This document shows positions 1 through 14,108 of a stretch of 64,000 bases of DNA, one piece after another. The translations under genes were made by a program, and so were the position numbers. The notes beneath the pieces are model-generated. The model was not told the origin of the DNA. It did no database searches and was given only the letters and a program-made list of their open reading frames with translations. This DNA is from the human T2T-CHM13v2.0 reference genome, Homo sapiens, in assembly GCF_009914755.1 (NCBI RefSeq), contig NC_060937.1; one strand, given 5' to 3'. Each line of letters begins with the position of its first letter. Position 1 is the first letter of the stretch.

Positions 1-2750
1 CCCTCTCTAGAGAGGGAGTGTAGCAGCAGGACAATATGGTAGACCTCTGCTGACGCCGGTCCAAGTCCACACCTGGTTCCCCCAGCTGCCAACACCATCT
101 GTTCAGGTTGTCTAATCTGAGGAAGACTCCGGGACAAGAGCACATTCTGAAAGCAAGCTGGTTCTTCCGCGGTGCTTATCCACTTTATGAAGGAAGCTGC
201 TCGTGTGTTTTAGTCAAACCTAAGAGTTCATGAAATGCAAGTGAAGTGCAAGGTGACATAATGTGCCATACAAGGAACGGGATGAGCCCAAGTGGATGCT
301 GGTCAGAAACTGATGCTGTGTTCTGTAGATGGTGCTATGTGAAATTATGAAATTATCATTCACAAGTTCAAGTTCGTCATAGGAGACAGAACGGGGCGGG
401 ATAATAAGCTGTCCAGAGGAAGTCTGGAGGCTTGATCTGCTGAGATCTAATAAATTTTAGGAACCACTGAAGAAGGGCATCTTCAATTAGTCAAGACACT
501 TGGAAAAGTCTCCAGAGTCAATTCAAGGCCACAAAGGGAAGTCTTCTGACTGAAGAGACTCCGTGGACATGAGACCATAGCTAGTCACATTTGTGTCCCT
601 AGGAGGGTACTGTATAGCCAGTACATGACACTCTCCTTTCCATCACAGGCAGTGCAGCTACAAAGAGAACGACTTTAGATGGCGAGACTATGGCAAGGAA
701 AGCTAATGACAGGACTCTTTCCAAATGTCTCTCACTGGGAGAAGCATTCCATCATACTTGGGAACTATAGTTTGGCATCCTCTCAAACCAGATCCTTCCC
801 TAGGTCAGCAAAATATTTTTCCTCTCTTTTTTCAAAGTAATTTTATTTTATTTTTCTGATTTCCTGGGTATATTTGTTTGGTTTCTTTTAAAGTACTTCC
901 CAATTAACAAAATGTACTCTACACATAGAGCCCAAGGGATCTATTCTTATGTCAATATGTCCACATAATTCACTCTTATTACCATTAATGGGAACTAAAT
1001 ATGCACATCAAAGGAAAAGATCCCTGCACAACCTAAATGAATAAGCTTCATTAATGCAATGTTATGGCTTATTTTTTCTGAGAAAATGCATTTAAACCTA
1101 AAGGTTAAAACAAATCTGCCAGCAGACAGAAGAGTCAAAGTCAACCCAAAGGGACTGAAAAGATGAAGTGTGTCAGGACTGCGAGACTACATTGGAGCTC
1201 GAGGTCCAAGGCTTCTGGGGGAAATGTGGGACCTTAAGTCAATTGCAAAATGCTCTGTGACCACAGGCAGTTGTCCATGGGTCCAAGAAGAGGTGGTAAG
1301 GAGCTGCACCTTGAAGACAGAGGTAGACACTTAACAAAATGCTTAATTTTTCTGCAATAAAAAGTAACAAAGCCCACAACATAAAATACATAAAATATAT
1401 AAAACAAAGCCCACAATAAAAAATAAAAAGTAACAAATCCCACAATAACACAGTTATGGCACAATTTCTGTGCCATAACAGGGTACATGTGTTTTCTTTA
1501 TGCCTGTGTAAAACATGGTCTTGTGCATACTTGTTCATTATTATTATTAAAATCCTGGTGCTATTGTGAATAGATGAAAATCAAATTTGGACTACATTTA
1601 TTTGTATGTTCATAAAAATACAAGGTCAATGACACAGGAAGAAAACAAAAATATCACATTTGGGATGCCTTGCCTTCTTTCTGGATTGCCTGTTACTGCA
1701 TACCTTGTCTGGCACTTTTTATTGGTGTTTTCTTAGACAATTGGTAAAAGCTGAGACATATTACTAGATAATGAGAAAAACTGGATTTTGGTTTCATGAA
1801 TAAAAATGTCTATGCCTATTTGAAGAGTGAAGGCAATATAATCAAATCCTCACAGTGAAAAAGCAAGTCATGGTGCTTGCAGGTTTAATGCACCGGTTGA
1901 ATTTAAGCCTGTGCAAAGTTAGCCTTGAAGACGAGCCAACCATGGGCTAAGAACCAGGTGAAAGTATTAACATGAGCCACTTGCTTTGTCTGTGCTCACT
2001 CTGGTTTTATCAATTTCAGTTGCAGTGATTCTGTTATTAGAATTCAATTCATGAAAAGGAACTTTTCATCCTCCATACTGCCTCCTTTACTAATGGAGAA
2101 AAGAAAAATAAAGAAAAACAAACCATATAGTTTATCTGTCAAATATATTCTAATTTCTGTAAACCTTGGTAATTCACAAGAAATAAAGAAAACACACGCA
2201 AGATAATTTGACAAAATCTCAGTACTCTTTATTGCCAAATCTTTCTTTCACGTGAGCATTTGCTCATGCCCAGTATCTCCATAATGATTGACTGACTTCT
2301 CCAAATAGTTAGATTTTGAAGATATCTTTACCATTTTTTTTTAAGTCTCCAGTTGAGTAATGAGCTTGGCTTGTTATGTGAGAACTCTGTTAAGGGAATC
2401 TCATCATAAAATTCCTGAAATGACTTTGAGAGGTAGCTGGCCGTGAACAAGGGCCATGAAGTACAGGCTTTCTTTCTGACTGTAACCCAAACAAACATTT
2501 GTGTTAACCTTTGCAGAAATACCTCTATTCACATATAAAATACAGGAGGAAGAGTGGAGTCAACAGGCTCATTGTTTCTTAAAGTGTGTCCATTGGAACA
2601 CAAGTTCTGGAAGATCACTTTTGAAAAAAAATTTCTTAAATGAGGAAAGACCATTTGTTATATTGTCTTAATGATTCTTTTTCAATTAAAATATGTGAAA
2701 TACCTTTAGTTTAAAAAGTTGTTTAGAATTTTAACTCATTTTTCTTTGCA

Positions 2751-4270
2751 GTCTCCATAGACGCTAAAAAAGCCTTTAACAAAATTCAACATCCATTCAT
2801 GATTAAAACCACTCAAGGGAATAGTAACTGAGAGTTGTTTTCTTAGCAAGGATGTGCTTACCACACACATAAATAGATGTGTCTATCTATCTATGTGTGT
2901 ATACGCGTATCTATCTATCTATATATATGCGTATACATATATATGCGTATACACACATACATATATATATCCCTAAATTTACCATGTTATTCCATAGAGA
3001 AACATTACAGATACTAAAGACATTTCCAGTAAGATAGGAAAAAGGCAAAGATTCTCACTGTCTGTGCAACCTGTGCATATTCTAACAGAGGTACTAGCTA
3101 ATGCAATTGTATAAGAAAAATCAGCTAGAGACATGAGAATGGATTTTAAAAGTTCCTCTACTTGTAGATAATATGATAGTATACTTGTAAATCTCCAGAG
3201 AATGAATGATAAAATTAATTCAATGAAAGAATGAAGTGATGTAATAAGATATAAAACTAACACATAAATATCAACAGAGTTCATACATAAAAACAATAAG
3301 CAGTTAGAGAAATTTTCACTTACAATAGCATAAGAAATACTACTTAGAAATAAATGTGACAGAAAATGTGCAAAACTTCTATAAGGAAAATTTGGAACTT
3401 GTGAAAATTGTAAAAGTAGACATGACCAAATAAATGGAAAGTCAGTCCAGTTTTGGGGTCAGGAAGACTCAGCATTTTAAAGATGTATCTTCCCCCAGGT
3501 TGATTTACAAAATCAATGCAATCCCAATAAAAATGCCAATGAGCTACTTTATAGTATTAGACAACTTGATTATAAAGTTCATATGGAAAAACTAGCATGC
3601 AAATATACTTGGAAAAACACTAAAACCCAAAAAATCGAAGAAGGGGGAGTTGCTTTTACAGGTATTAAAACATGTAATATGTCCTGTATAATTAAAACAG
3701 CGTGAGGCTGAAACATGAATAGACAAGTAGACAAGTGGAAGAAAAACTGTGTAAAGTCTAAAATTAGACCCAAGTACATAAGGAAATGTAGTATATTACA
3801 AAGATGGCATCTCAAATCACTGAAATAATGGTGGACGTTTTAATAAGTTTGGCTAGGACAAATGAATAGCCATTTGGAAACAGGTAAAATCAGATTCATG
3901 TCTTGTATCTAAGAATATACTCTAAATTGATTAGAAATAAATATATTAAAGAAATCAAACAATTAGTAGAAGAAAATGTATAAATTCTCCCTAACATTGG
4001 TGTAGAGAAAAGCTTTCTAACTATGACTCAAACTTCGTAGGCAATAAAACAAAAGATTAATACATTTTACTAAATAAAAAATATACCTCTTCAAATTTTA
4101 CATGATAAAATCTCCTCATAGCAAAATCAAAAGGCAATTGAAAACTAAGAGAAAATATTCTCAACAAATACCTCGGAAAAGTGGCTGATATCTCAAATAT
4201 AGAAAAACATATTAAAATTCAGAGACAAAGGCAAAATATTATAGGTAAGTATGAAAAAGACATGAACAGA
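2751..4270 (+). mobile_element. Old L1 (L1M-type) ORF2 remnant, degraded
   Basis: 2751 onward translates VSIDAKKAFNKIQHPFMIKT, matching the L1 ORF2 RT motif ISIDAEKAFDKIQHPFMIKT. A-rich L1-like sequence with stops and frameshifts continues to about 4270. Confidence 0.85.
2868..2970. repeat. Compound (TA)n/(CA)n/(TCTA)n microsatellite inside the L1 remnant
   Basis: Seen directly. Confidence 0.85.
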
Positions 4271-4295
4271 CCTCTCAGATCTCCCTCTCTCTCTT

Positions 4296-5760
4296 GCTAG
4301 AGGCTTGCCAAATTTTATCTTTTCAAAAAGCTAGCTTTTCTTTCAATAATTTTTTCTCATTTTGTATTTTACTAAAATAAAATATTAATTTTAATAAATG
4401 AAAATAAAATACACAATGAGAAAAAATCATTTGTTAGTTCATTCTGTATTTTATTAATTTCCATTCTCTCTTAATTCCTTATTGCTACCATTTCTCCTAT
4501 TTTGGTTTTGATTTGATCTTCTTTTTATCTTCTTAGGATGGAAGTTTAGATAACTGCTTTTGAATCTTCCTTCCCTTCTTATGTAATCATTTAAAGCTAA
4601 AAAATTTCCTCCTAAGCATTGCTTCAGCTGCATCCCAGGGGTTTTGGTATGTTGTGATTTTCATTTTTTCCCATCCCCTTAATTTTAGTAAATTTTATTT
4701 TTGGAACAGTGCTAGAAATACATGAATATTGAAAAGATACTAGAGAGAGTTCCCATACACCACACAACAAGTTCCTTTATCAACACCTGTAATATTGTGT
4801 GTGGTGCACTTGTTACAATGATGATCCAATGTTGATTCATCATTATTAACTATGCCCATAGTTCTTCAAATTGTCTTATTTTACCTCATGTATTTTTCTG
4901 TTCTAGGATCCCATCCAGGATCCCACGTTACATTTAGTCACCATGTCTCCTTAGTCTCCTCTTGGCTTTTGGAGTTTCTCAGTCCTTGTTTTTGATGACT
5001 CTGGACAGTTTTGAGGACAACTGCTCAGGTCTTTCGGAGAAGGCCTCTCTATGGAACTGCTCATGATTAGAGTGGGCTTATGGCTTTTCAGAATGAAAAT
5101 CACAAAGATAAAGTGTCATTTCTATCACATTATATCCCGGGTGCATACTGTCAACATTACTTCTTTCTGCAGATGGTGACCTTGATCACCTGGTTAAGGG
5201 AGTCTTGGTCAGGTTTCTCCACCATAAATTTGCTCCTTTCCTCTGGTCCTGTACAATCAGAAGGACGTCACTGTTTGCAGACTACACTTAGCGAGTGGGG
5301 AGTTATGCTCCCTCTCCTTGAGAGTGAAGCATCTGCATACATTATTTGGAGTTCTTCTGCATGGGAGATTTGTCTATTCTCTCTATTTCTTTATCCAGTC
5401 AGTCATTTGTATCAGCATAGAAAAATTGGTATGTATTTTAAATTTGGGTTATAATCTGACAACACTTTAAGTATTTTGTTTCTCATATCATCTTGTCAAC
5501 ATGTATGTATATTAGTAGAATAAATTTCTGGAAGTGGAATTATTGAATCAAAGATTATATACATTTTAAATTTTGATAAATGATCAGATTGCTCACCTTA
5601 AAAGTTATTCACATCTACTCTCCCCCAAGAAAAGCCTGAAAACATCTGCTTCATGATACCCTTGTTAATACATTGTGTTATAAAATGTGATAAGAATTGC
5701 CAGACCGGAATCTCAGTATGGTTTAAAGCATTTATGTCTTTGCTATTTATTAATTATGTA
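4296..5760 (-). mobile_element. Cluster of old antisense L1 fragments (L1M/L1MC/L1ME-like)
   Basis: T-rich antisense L1-like blocks, e.g. ttcctcctaagcattgcttcagctgcatccc, ctaggatcccatccaggatcccacgttacatttagt, ttctggaagtggaattattgaatcaaag. Boundaries approximate. Confidence 0.65.
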
Positions 5761-6199
5761 TCACTTACTAAAATGAAATTTAATTTCTAATATTGGTCTA
5801 TGGAGATATTCTATATAATTAGTTATTTCGAAAACCTATCATAGGCTGAAAGAATTCTATACTTGTTTTTGTCTATAATTCTCATGATTTCATTTTTATC
5901 TAGAAGATTTGCTTTCCTATGTTAATAATGTTATTTTATGCATAAAATTTCATGCCTTCAGTCTTCACTGTGGATAGCAACAATTAACATATAAAATGCC
6001 TTTGTCTTTTTTTTTTCGGTGTTTTTTGTTTGTTTGTTTATTTTCCAGAATGCAACCCTATCTGATATTAAGATTCTGACCCTTTACATTCTTGGCATTT
6101 TCATAGTATGCCATTCTCATCATGTTAACTTAAATATTTCTGAATTACAACTTTTTAGTTTGTCTCTTAAATATATATGTGCCGATTTCTTGCTTTGTT

Positions 6200-6820
6200 T
6201 TTTTCCCAGTTTTATTGGGGCGTGATTGACAAATAAACATGGCATATATTTAAGGTGCACAACATGATGACTTGATACGTGTACACATCCTGAAGTGATT
6301 CTCCCAATCAAGCTGAGTCTTTTTCCTTTACTAGTTAAGAGGATGTCAGATATATTGATCACTTTTACATGGAAAGCTTTCTTTGTGTTCTAGCGTTTTA
6401 TGTATATTTTTTGCTATTATAAATCTTTCACTACATAATATTTCACTACATGTCTTCTATTTATTTTTTCTGTTGATCTGAATTTTTTTTTTAGTTTTCA
6501 GACTAACTTTACCTGTAACTTTATATAGTATACTTCATTAAATACGTATGTATTTTTGGTAACAGCCTTATTGAGATAGAGTTCATATACACTACATATA
6601 CCATAAAATTTACAGTGCACATTCACTGTTTTTCAAATTTATATATTTACAGAAATGTACCACCATGACCACACTCAGAACATTTTCATTATCCCCAAAG
6701 AAACCCACACCTTCTGTCATCTCTCAGCCCTGCCAGTCCCCTCTCCAGCCTTAAGCTACCCACAAATCTACTTTCTGCATCTATAGATTTGCCTCTTGTG
6801 GGCATTTGATACAAATGCAG
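6200..6820 (-). mobile_element. Two antisense L1MA/L1MB 3'-end fragments (about 6200-6315 and 6555-6820)
   Basis: Typical antisense L1M 3' ends: cagttttattggggcgtgattgacaaataa and acagccttattgagatagagttcatatac...aatctactttctgcatctatagatttgcct. Confidence 0.7.
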
Positions 6821-6839
6821 TGTGAGGTCCATTGAGCCT

Positions 6840-7226
6840 CACTTCTAACAAACAGGGCAGGACAGAAATGATGACATGAGTTTCAAGGCCTGCCTCTTGT
6901 TCTCTTGGGTCTCATTCTGGAGGAAGCCAATTGCCGTACTGCGACTGTAGAAGACGCCCAAGCAGCCTCACCGATGCCGGCACTGCCTTCCATCCTGTGA
7001 GAAGGCACCTTGGACACAGACCCTCTGGCCCAGGCAGCCTCAGATGCCTGGAGTCCCAGCTGCCATTCTGATGGCAACCTCACTAGGCACCCTGAGCCAG
7101 AACTGCCCTTAAACTGCTCCCAAATTCTTCATCTGCAGAAAAGATATGGATAATATGTCGTTTTTGGTGTGTTGTTGACACTAAGTTTTTGAGTAATTTG
7201 TTAGGCAGCAACAAATAATGAATACA
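6840..7226 (+). mobile_element. MLT1-family (ERVL-MaLR) LTR, partial
   Basis: MaLR 3' end ctaagtttttgagtaatttgttaggcagcaacaaataatgaataca; internal gagccagaactgccc...aaactgctcccaaattc. Confidence 0.7.
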
Positions 7227-7323
7227 AATATTTTCCATTATTTCCCTGCCACTGTGGAAAAATCTACAGAAGTTTAGTTTTTCTTTCCTTCTACCTTCTA
7301 GACGAACTTTTCATTTGCCTTTT

Positions 7324-7818
7324 ATGGTTGGCAGAATAATGCCACCCTCTCTCCAAGATGTGCTTCACCTAATCCCTGAAAACTGTGGATATGCTACCTT
7401 AAAATGGTAGCAAGGGACTCTACAGATGGGATTAATTTACTGATATTGGAGTGGGAAGATGATTATGAATTATCCGGGTGTGTTTAAGGGCCTTGGTAAG
7501 AAAAAGGCAGGAGCACTAGAGGCAGAAAAAGAGCTGTGAGGACAGAAGCAGAGGTCAGACAGATTTGCAGATGCCATGAGGCTGGTTTTAAAGGTGGAGG
7601 GAGGAGCCGTGAGGAAGGAAGTATAGGTGCTGGGCAAGGTGAGGAGGTGGATCCCCTCTAGAGCCTGCAGGAGGAATGCAAGTGTGTCAGCACCCTGATT
7701 TCAGCCCCAGAAGACTAATTGGACTGCCAATCTCCAGAACTGTGAGATCATAAATTTGCAGTATTTTCAGTTACTAAGTTTGTGTATTTTTCTACAGTAG
7801 CAATGGCAAACAAATACA
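7324..7818 (+). mobile_element. MLT1D-like solo LTR
   Basis: Starts tatggttggcagaataatgcc..., contains ccctctagagcctgcaggaggaatgca, ends cagtagcaatggcaaacaaataca. Confidence 0.8.
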
Positions 7819-8110
7819 TCTTCTAACCTCAGGGTCCTTTAAGGTTCAGAAAGTTTACTAGCTATGTCTTATGGTTGTCTTTTCTACATGGATTTTCCTC
7901 GGGACATAAGATACCCTCTCAAACTGGAAATGTAAATATTTGTTTTTTGAAGTTTTTTAAAATAATGTTTTTTGAATATTTTACTCTTTTGTTATTTTGA
8001 TACCCTATGTGATGGTTAATACTGAGTGTCAATTTGAATGGACTGAAGGATGCAAAGTATTGATCCTGGGTGTGTCTGTGAGGATGTTGCCAAAAGAAAT
8101 GAACATTTGA

Positions 8111-8484
<374 letters not shown>

Positions 8485-8737
8485 CTAATCAGCTGCCAGC
8501 ATGGGCAGGATATTAAGCAGTCAGAAAAATGCAAAAAGGCTAGATTGGCCTAGGCTCCTGGCCTAGGCTCCCAGCCTACATCTTTCTGCTGTGCTGGATG
8601 CTTCCTGCCCTCTAACACAGAACTCTCAAGTTCTTCAGTTTGGGGACTCAGACTGGGCTTCCTTGCTCCTCAGCTTGTAGACGGCCTATTGTGAGACCTT
8701 GTGATCATGTGAGTTAATACTTAATAAACTCCACTAC

Positions 8738-9980
8738 ATATATATATAGATATAGATATAGATATCTCCTATTAGTATATATATATATCCTATCAGTATA
8801 TATATATATCCTATTAGTATATATATAATATATATCCTATTAGTATATATATAATATATATCCTATTAGTATATATATAATATATATCCTATTAGTATAT
8901 ATATAATATATATCCTATTAATATATATATATATCCTATTAGTATATATATATCCTATTAGTATATATATATATATCCTAATAGTATATATATAATATAT
9001 ATCCTATTAGTATATATATAGTATATATCCTATTAGTATATATATAGTATATATCCTATTAGTATATATATAGTATATATCCTATTAGTATATATATAGT
9101 ATATATCCTATTAGCATATAGTATATATCCTATTAGTATATATATAGTATATATCCTATTAGTATATATATAGTATATATCCTATTAGTATATATATAGT
9201 ATATATCCTATTAGTATATATATAGTATATATCCTATTAGTATATATATAGTATATATCCTATTAGTATATATATAGTATATATCCTATTAGTATATATA
9301 TAGTATATATCCTATTAGTATATATATAGTATATATCCTATTAGTATATATATAGTATATATCCTATTAGTATATATATAGTATATATCCTATTAGTATA
9401 TAGTATATATCCTATTAGTATATATATAATATATATCCTATTAGTATATATATAATATATATCCTATTAGTATATATATAATATATATCCTATTAGTATA
9501 TATATAATATATATCCTATTAGTATATATATTATATATATCCTATTAGTATATATATTATATATATCCTATTAGTATATATATAGTATATATCCTATTAG
9601 TATATATATAGTATATATCCTATTAGTATATATATAGTATATATCCTATTAGTATATATATAGTATATATCCTATTAGTATATATATAGTATATATCCTA
9701 TTAGTATATATAATATATCCTATTAGTATATATATTATGTATCCCATTAGTGTATATATATATCCTATTAGTGTATATATATATCCTATTAGTATATATA
9801 TATATACACACTATATATATATATCCTATAAGTATATATATATATACACACTATATATATATCCTATACTATATATGTGTGTATATGTATATGTATTTAT
9901 ATGTATATATGTATATACACACATATATATGTGTATGTGTATATATATAGTGTGTGTGTATATATATATATCCTATTAGT
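8738..9980. repeat. AT-rich minisatellite, ~26-bp unit (tatatcctattagtatatatatagta), roughly 40 copies with degenerate flanks
   Basis: Repeating cctattagt core separated by (TA)n. The core is the MLT2A motif tatatcctattagt. Confidence 0.95.
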
Positions 9981-11199
9981 TCTGTCCTTCTAGAGAACCC
10001 TGACTAATACACCCTACTTAGGTAAATCCATCACACTTTCTAGATTTTACTTGCCTTGTTCCATAACTACTGTTTTTCACTGTAATCCCATTAACTCTTT
10101 GCTCATTTTCTTTATATTTTGAGTGTTTTTCTCAGTACAGTCCATTATGTGCAGAGCTGTATTTTCATAGTATTTCTCCTTAGTGCTGCTTCCCATTTAG
10201 CTATCATTTTTTCCTGTGCATTTATATTTTTCACATTTTTTCCTGAGCTACACCAGCTCACATAGCACATTCTTCTGAGGTCCCAATATATCACCCATGA
10301 ACTAATGTGTTTCTGCTGCGTGTTTTGTTTATACAGATGATGGTTTCATTTTGTTGGTAATTTGTGAAGATAGGTTGGATCATAATCTCTCTTTGTGGTA
10401 GCGTTTTTCTAATGCAGGTTTTTGTCTGCATTAGAAATTAATTTCTCTGTTCTTCCCATTTGTAGAATTGTACAATCTTTGTATATTTTGCTTATTCCTT
10501 TTAAATTATTTCTCGAATATTTCTCATGTTTGAACAAGACAAGCTCTCCACATATTGACTATCTGTAGGAAGTCCATGTGGGACCTGGGGCAGCGTGTGC
10601 TTCAGGATGTTAGGAATTCTCAGAATGACTCAGGACTATGGAGTGCAGATGAGCTTCTGGACTCTCATTTCCTTTCATCCAAGCAGGATCAACATTCGGG
10701 GGACTCCCAGTGGAACTTCTCCTTGCCTCACCACCTGCCTCATGTTGTCACCAAGGACAACCTTCTGAAGACACTTTGGCACGGTGCTCTCTCAGCCACT
10801 TTTCCTCAACTTTCTCTCAGAGCCAGACGAACTCTGGGGACGCTCTCAGGGCCGGGCAGAATTCATCCCCATCCTGTGACCCGAGTTTAGATCTAACCTG
10901 CATGGCTGCCATCTACCTTGAACAAGTGGACTTTGATGGCCTTTTCTGAGGTCTGGGACCATAGGTGTCCACCCTCGAGGGTTTCCATGTTTGATTGTCA
11001 CTGCTTTTGAGAGGCTAGGCTTCTGTTTTATTCTTTCTTTCCTTCATTTTTATTTTTCTTTTTTAAAAATTAAAGATGAAGTTCATTTGTTTGTTTTGCT
11101 TCTTATTTTGGAGTTAGTTTCTACAGGAGGAGGAAAAGAAGCCAAATTTTATTCACCAAATTCAATTCAAAATTAAATACAAGTCAAAAGCAGAAATTC

Positions 11200-11960
11200 T
11201 TACCAGCTCTGGCTTGATGAGGGATCTATCTTGTTTCAAAGGATTTCTCAGAAAGAAATTTCCAACACCTTCTTTTGTGCTTCATACTGGCATCCCTAGA
11301 TTATTTAAATCTTGATACAGTCATTTGCTGTAGTAGACATTCCCACAATCATTAGATTACCCACTTATTTGAGAAGCATGTTTTCCATGCCTTCAAGTAA
11401 GTGAATGATAAAAGCATTTGACTGGATTTAATCGTATCAGAACCTTTTGGCTTACTGCTAATGACTTCCTTTCAGGCTGATATCAGTACATTAATCACCA
11501 CTTTTTAAAAAAATAGTTATTCACTGCTTTACGTTGCATCCGATTTTGCTATCAGTCCATTCATGTCATCCTGCTGTGCTTCCGTGAACATATTAAACAG
11601 AACTCTGTCACATGCTTTGATGGAACCCAGCTACCCCACATCTATGTCATCTTCCGAGCTGCCAGTCCAGTCAAATGTCAGAAAGCAAATGAGGTGTGAC
11701 TCGCTGTTAGTGAAGCCATGCTGACTCCTGAAAATCATGACTGCTTTTTCTAAAGGGCTTATAAGTCTGTAGCACAATAGTCCATTCCACAGGTTTACCA
11801 GAAAATACCATCAAGTATGACTATTTGAGGTTTCCAGGACTCGTGGCTTTGCCCTTTCACTTTCTTTGTGATTCTTCAAAGATAGTTGAAATTGGGTTCT
11901 GCACACTTTGGAGTAAAATCCAGCTCTACCTGGAACCTCAGCCCCATGCACGTCAGCTGC
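11200..11960 (-). mobile_element. L3/CR1 LINE RT remnant
   Basis: The minus strand of about 11590-11730 reads SQHGFTNSESHLICFL...EDDIDVG*LGSIKACDRV, a degraded CR1 RT motif (QHGF..GRSC.TNLI.F...VDVIYLDFSKAFDKV). Confidence 0.8.
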
Positions 11961-12229
11961 TCTTATTGCCTCTGAGCTCCGGGACCCCACTTCCCATTGC
12001 ACCCATTTGTTCTCCCTGCTGCCCCTAAAGATGGATCTTAAAGGAGAAAGTTGGGGGGGAAAAGGAGCAGAGGAGCAGCTTTGTCCTCTCTCATCTCTCT
12101 TATCTGCTCATTGATCCCAGATTGTGGGCTCATGCAGTTCTCCCTAGGGTTGCCTGTTCAGAGCAGTCCTGAAAGTTACTCCTGGCTGTCAGTCCTGTGG
12201 CATATCATGAATCCTCTCGGAGCTAGATC

Positions 12230-12360
12230 TCACCCTTTTGTAAGTGGGGACAATCAGCCCTGCCTGATAGGACTTCTCAATGGCTGAGATAAGACATAGA
12301 ACAGCATATAATGCCTGACACCTGGGAAGCACAGAATAAATATTAAGTCTCTTATTGTGA
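12230..12360 (+). mobile_element. MIR fragment
   Basis: gtaagtggggacaatcagccctgcctgatagga...atgcctgacacctgggaagcacagaataaata resembles the MIR core and tail. Confidence 0.55.
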
Positions 12361-12401
12361 TCATCATTCTCCATGGCAGATTAAAGGGTAGGCTCATTAC
12401 T

Positions 12402-12448
12402 CATTACTTTTAATGGCAAAAGCTGCAATTACTTTTGCACCAACATAA
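12402..12448. mobile_element. Partial MADE1 (Hsmar1-derived MITE), right half only
   Basis: cattacttttaatggcaaaagctgcaattacttttgcaccaacataa followed by TA. Confidence 0.85.
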
Positions 12449-12450
12449 TA

Positions 12451-12714
12451 CAACAACTATGGAAAACAGTGTGGAGATTCCTTAAAGAACTAAAAGTAGA
12501 TCTATCATTTGATCCAGCAATCCCATACTCTTGTGTATCTACCCGGAGGAAAAGAAGTCATTGTGTGAAAAAGATACCTGCACGTGCAAGTTTATAGCAG
12601 CACAATCTGAAATTGCAAAAATATACAACCAGCCAGATGCCCACTAATCAATGAGTGGATAAAGAAAATCTGATATATACCTATATATCACATGTATATA
12701 TATCTATATCTATA

Positions 12715-12772
<58 letters not shown>

Positions 12773-13146
12773 CACATACACATAGACACATGGAATACTA
12801 CTCAGCCTTGAAAAGGAATGAGATAATGGCATTCGCAGCAACCTGGGTGGAATTGGAGACCATTATTCTAAGTGAAGTAACTCAGGAATGGAAAACTAAA
12901 CATCATATGTTCCCACTCATAAGTGGGAGCTAAGCTATAAAGATGCAAAGGCATAAGAATTTTACAATGGACTTTGGGGACTCAGGGGAAAGGGTTGGAG
13001 GGGGATGAGGGATAAAAGACTACACATTGGGTACAGTGTACACTGCTAGGGTGATGGGTGCACCAAAATTTCAGAAATCAACACTAAAGAACTTATTCAT
13101 GTAACCAAACACCACCTGTTTCACCAAAACCTATTGAAATAATAAA
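12451..13146 (+). mobile_element. L1PB/L1MA-type 3' end, 5'-truncated, with internal (TG)n(TA)n at about 12673-12785
   Basis: ORF2 C-terminus (…EYYSALKRNEIMAFAATWVELETIILSEVTQEWKTKHHMFPLISGS) and 3' UTR ending gtaaccaaacaccacctgtttcaccaaaacctattgaaataataaaa. Confidence 0.9.
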
Positions 13147-13681
13147 ACTGAATTCTTCAGAGAGATCCCTTTAGAAAAAGCATTTTATTATCAGCCTTCC
13201 CAATTCTTTTTTTCACCAAGTTCACTGGTGATATAATAATTAGGATTTTTAAAAATTACTTATGTGTTTTAAAGTGATGCCCTCTTTCAGAGTCTCTGAC
13301 CATGGATTACACCCGTTTCTTCATTGCTCCCACCTTTGGCCTTTCCCAAACCAGGTCCTCCCTGAATTCCTTTCTGGAAAGACCTGGGATAGAATTGACC
13401 AAGCCATCTTTCACTTTCTTTCTTTTCTCTTCTTCTGCATAGCTAACAGATCTATCAAGTTCTGCTGATTTTACTTCCATGCACTTGTTGAATCTGCCTT
13501 GTTCTCTTCATCACTCTTGCTACCACCTCACACTGTTTCCTTGCTTGTGCCCTTTCTGTGAGTTGGTCATATTCCCTGCCACCAGATCTGCTCTCTGCTG
13601 CCAGAAGGGTATTTCCAAGACCCTATTTTAATAGCACTACCAGATTGATAAACATTCTGTAACATATTGAAAATTTTTCTA

Positions 13682-13963
<282 letters not shown>

Positions 13964-14036
13964 GAAAAGAAAGAAAAGAAAAGAAAAGAAAAGAAAAGAA
14001 GGAAGGAAGGAAGGAAGAAAGGAAGGAAGGAAGGGA

Positions 14037-14108
<72 letters not shown>

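Noticed and set aside
1-830. GC-balanced unique-looking stretch, considered as an ERV-internal remnant or processed pseudogene
   Set aside because: I could not recover any convincing protein motif in the frames I tried. Left unclassified; a Dfam or tblastx search would settle it.
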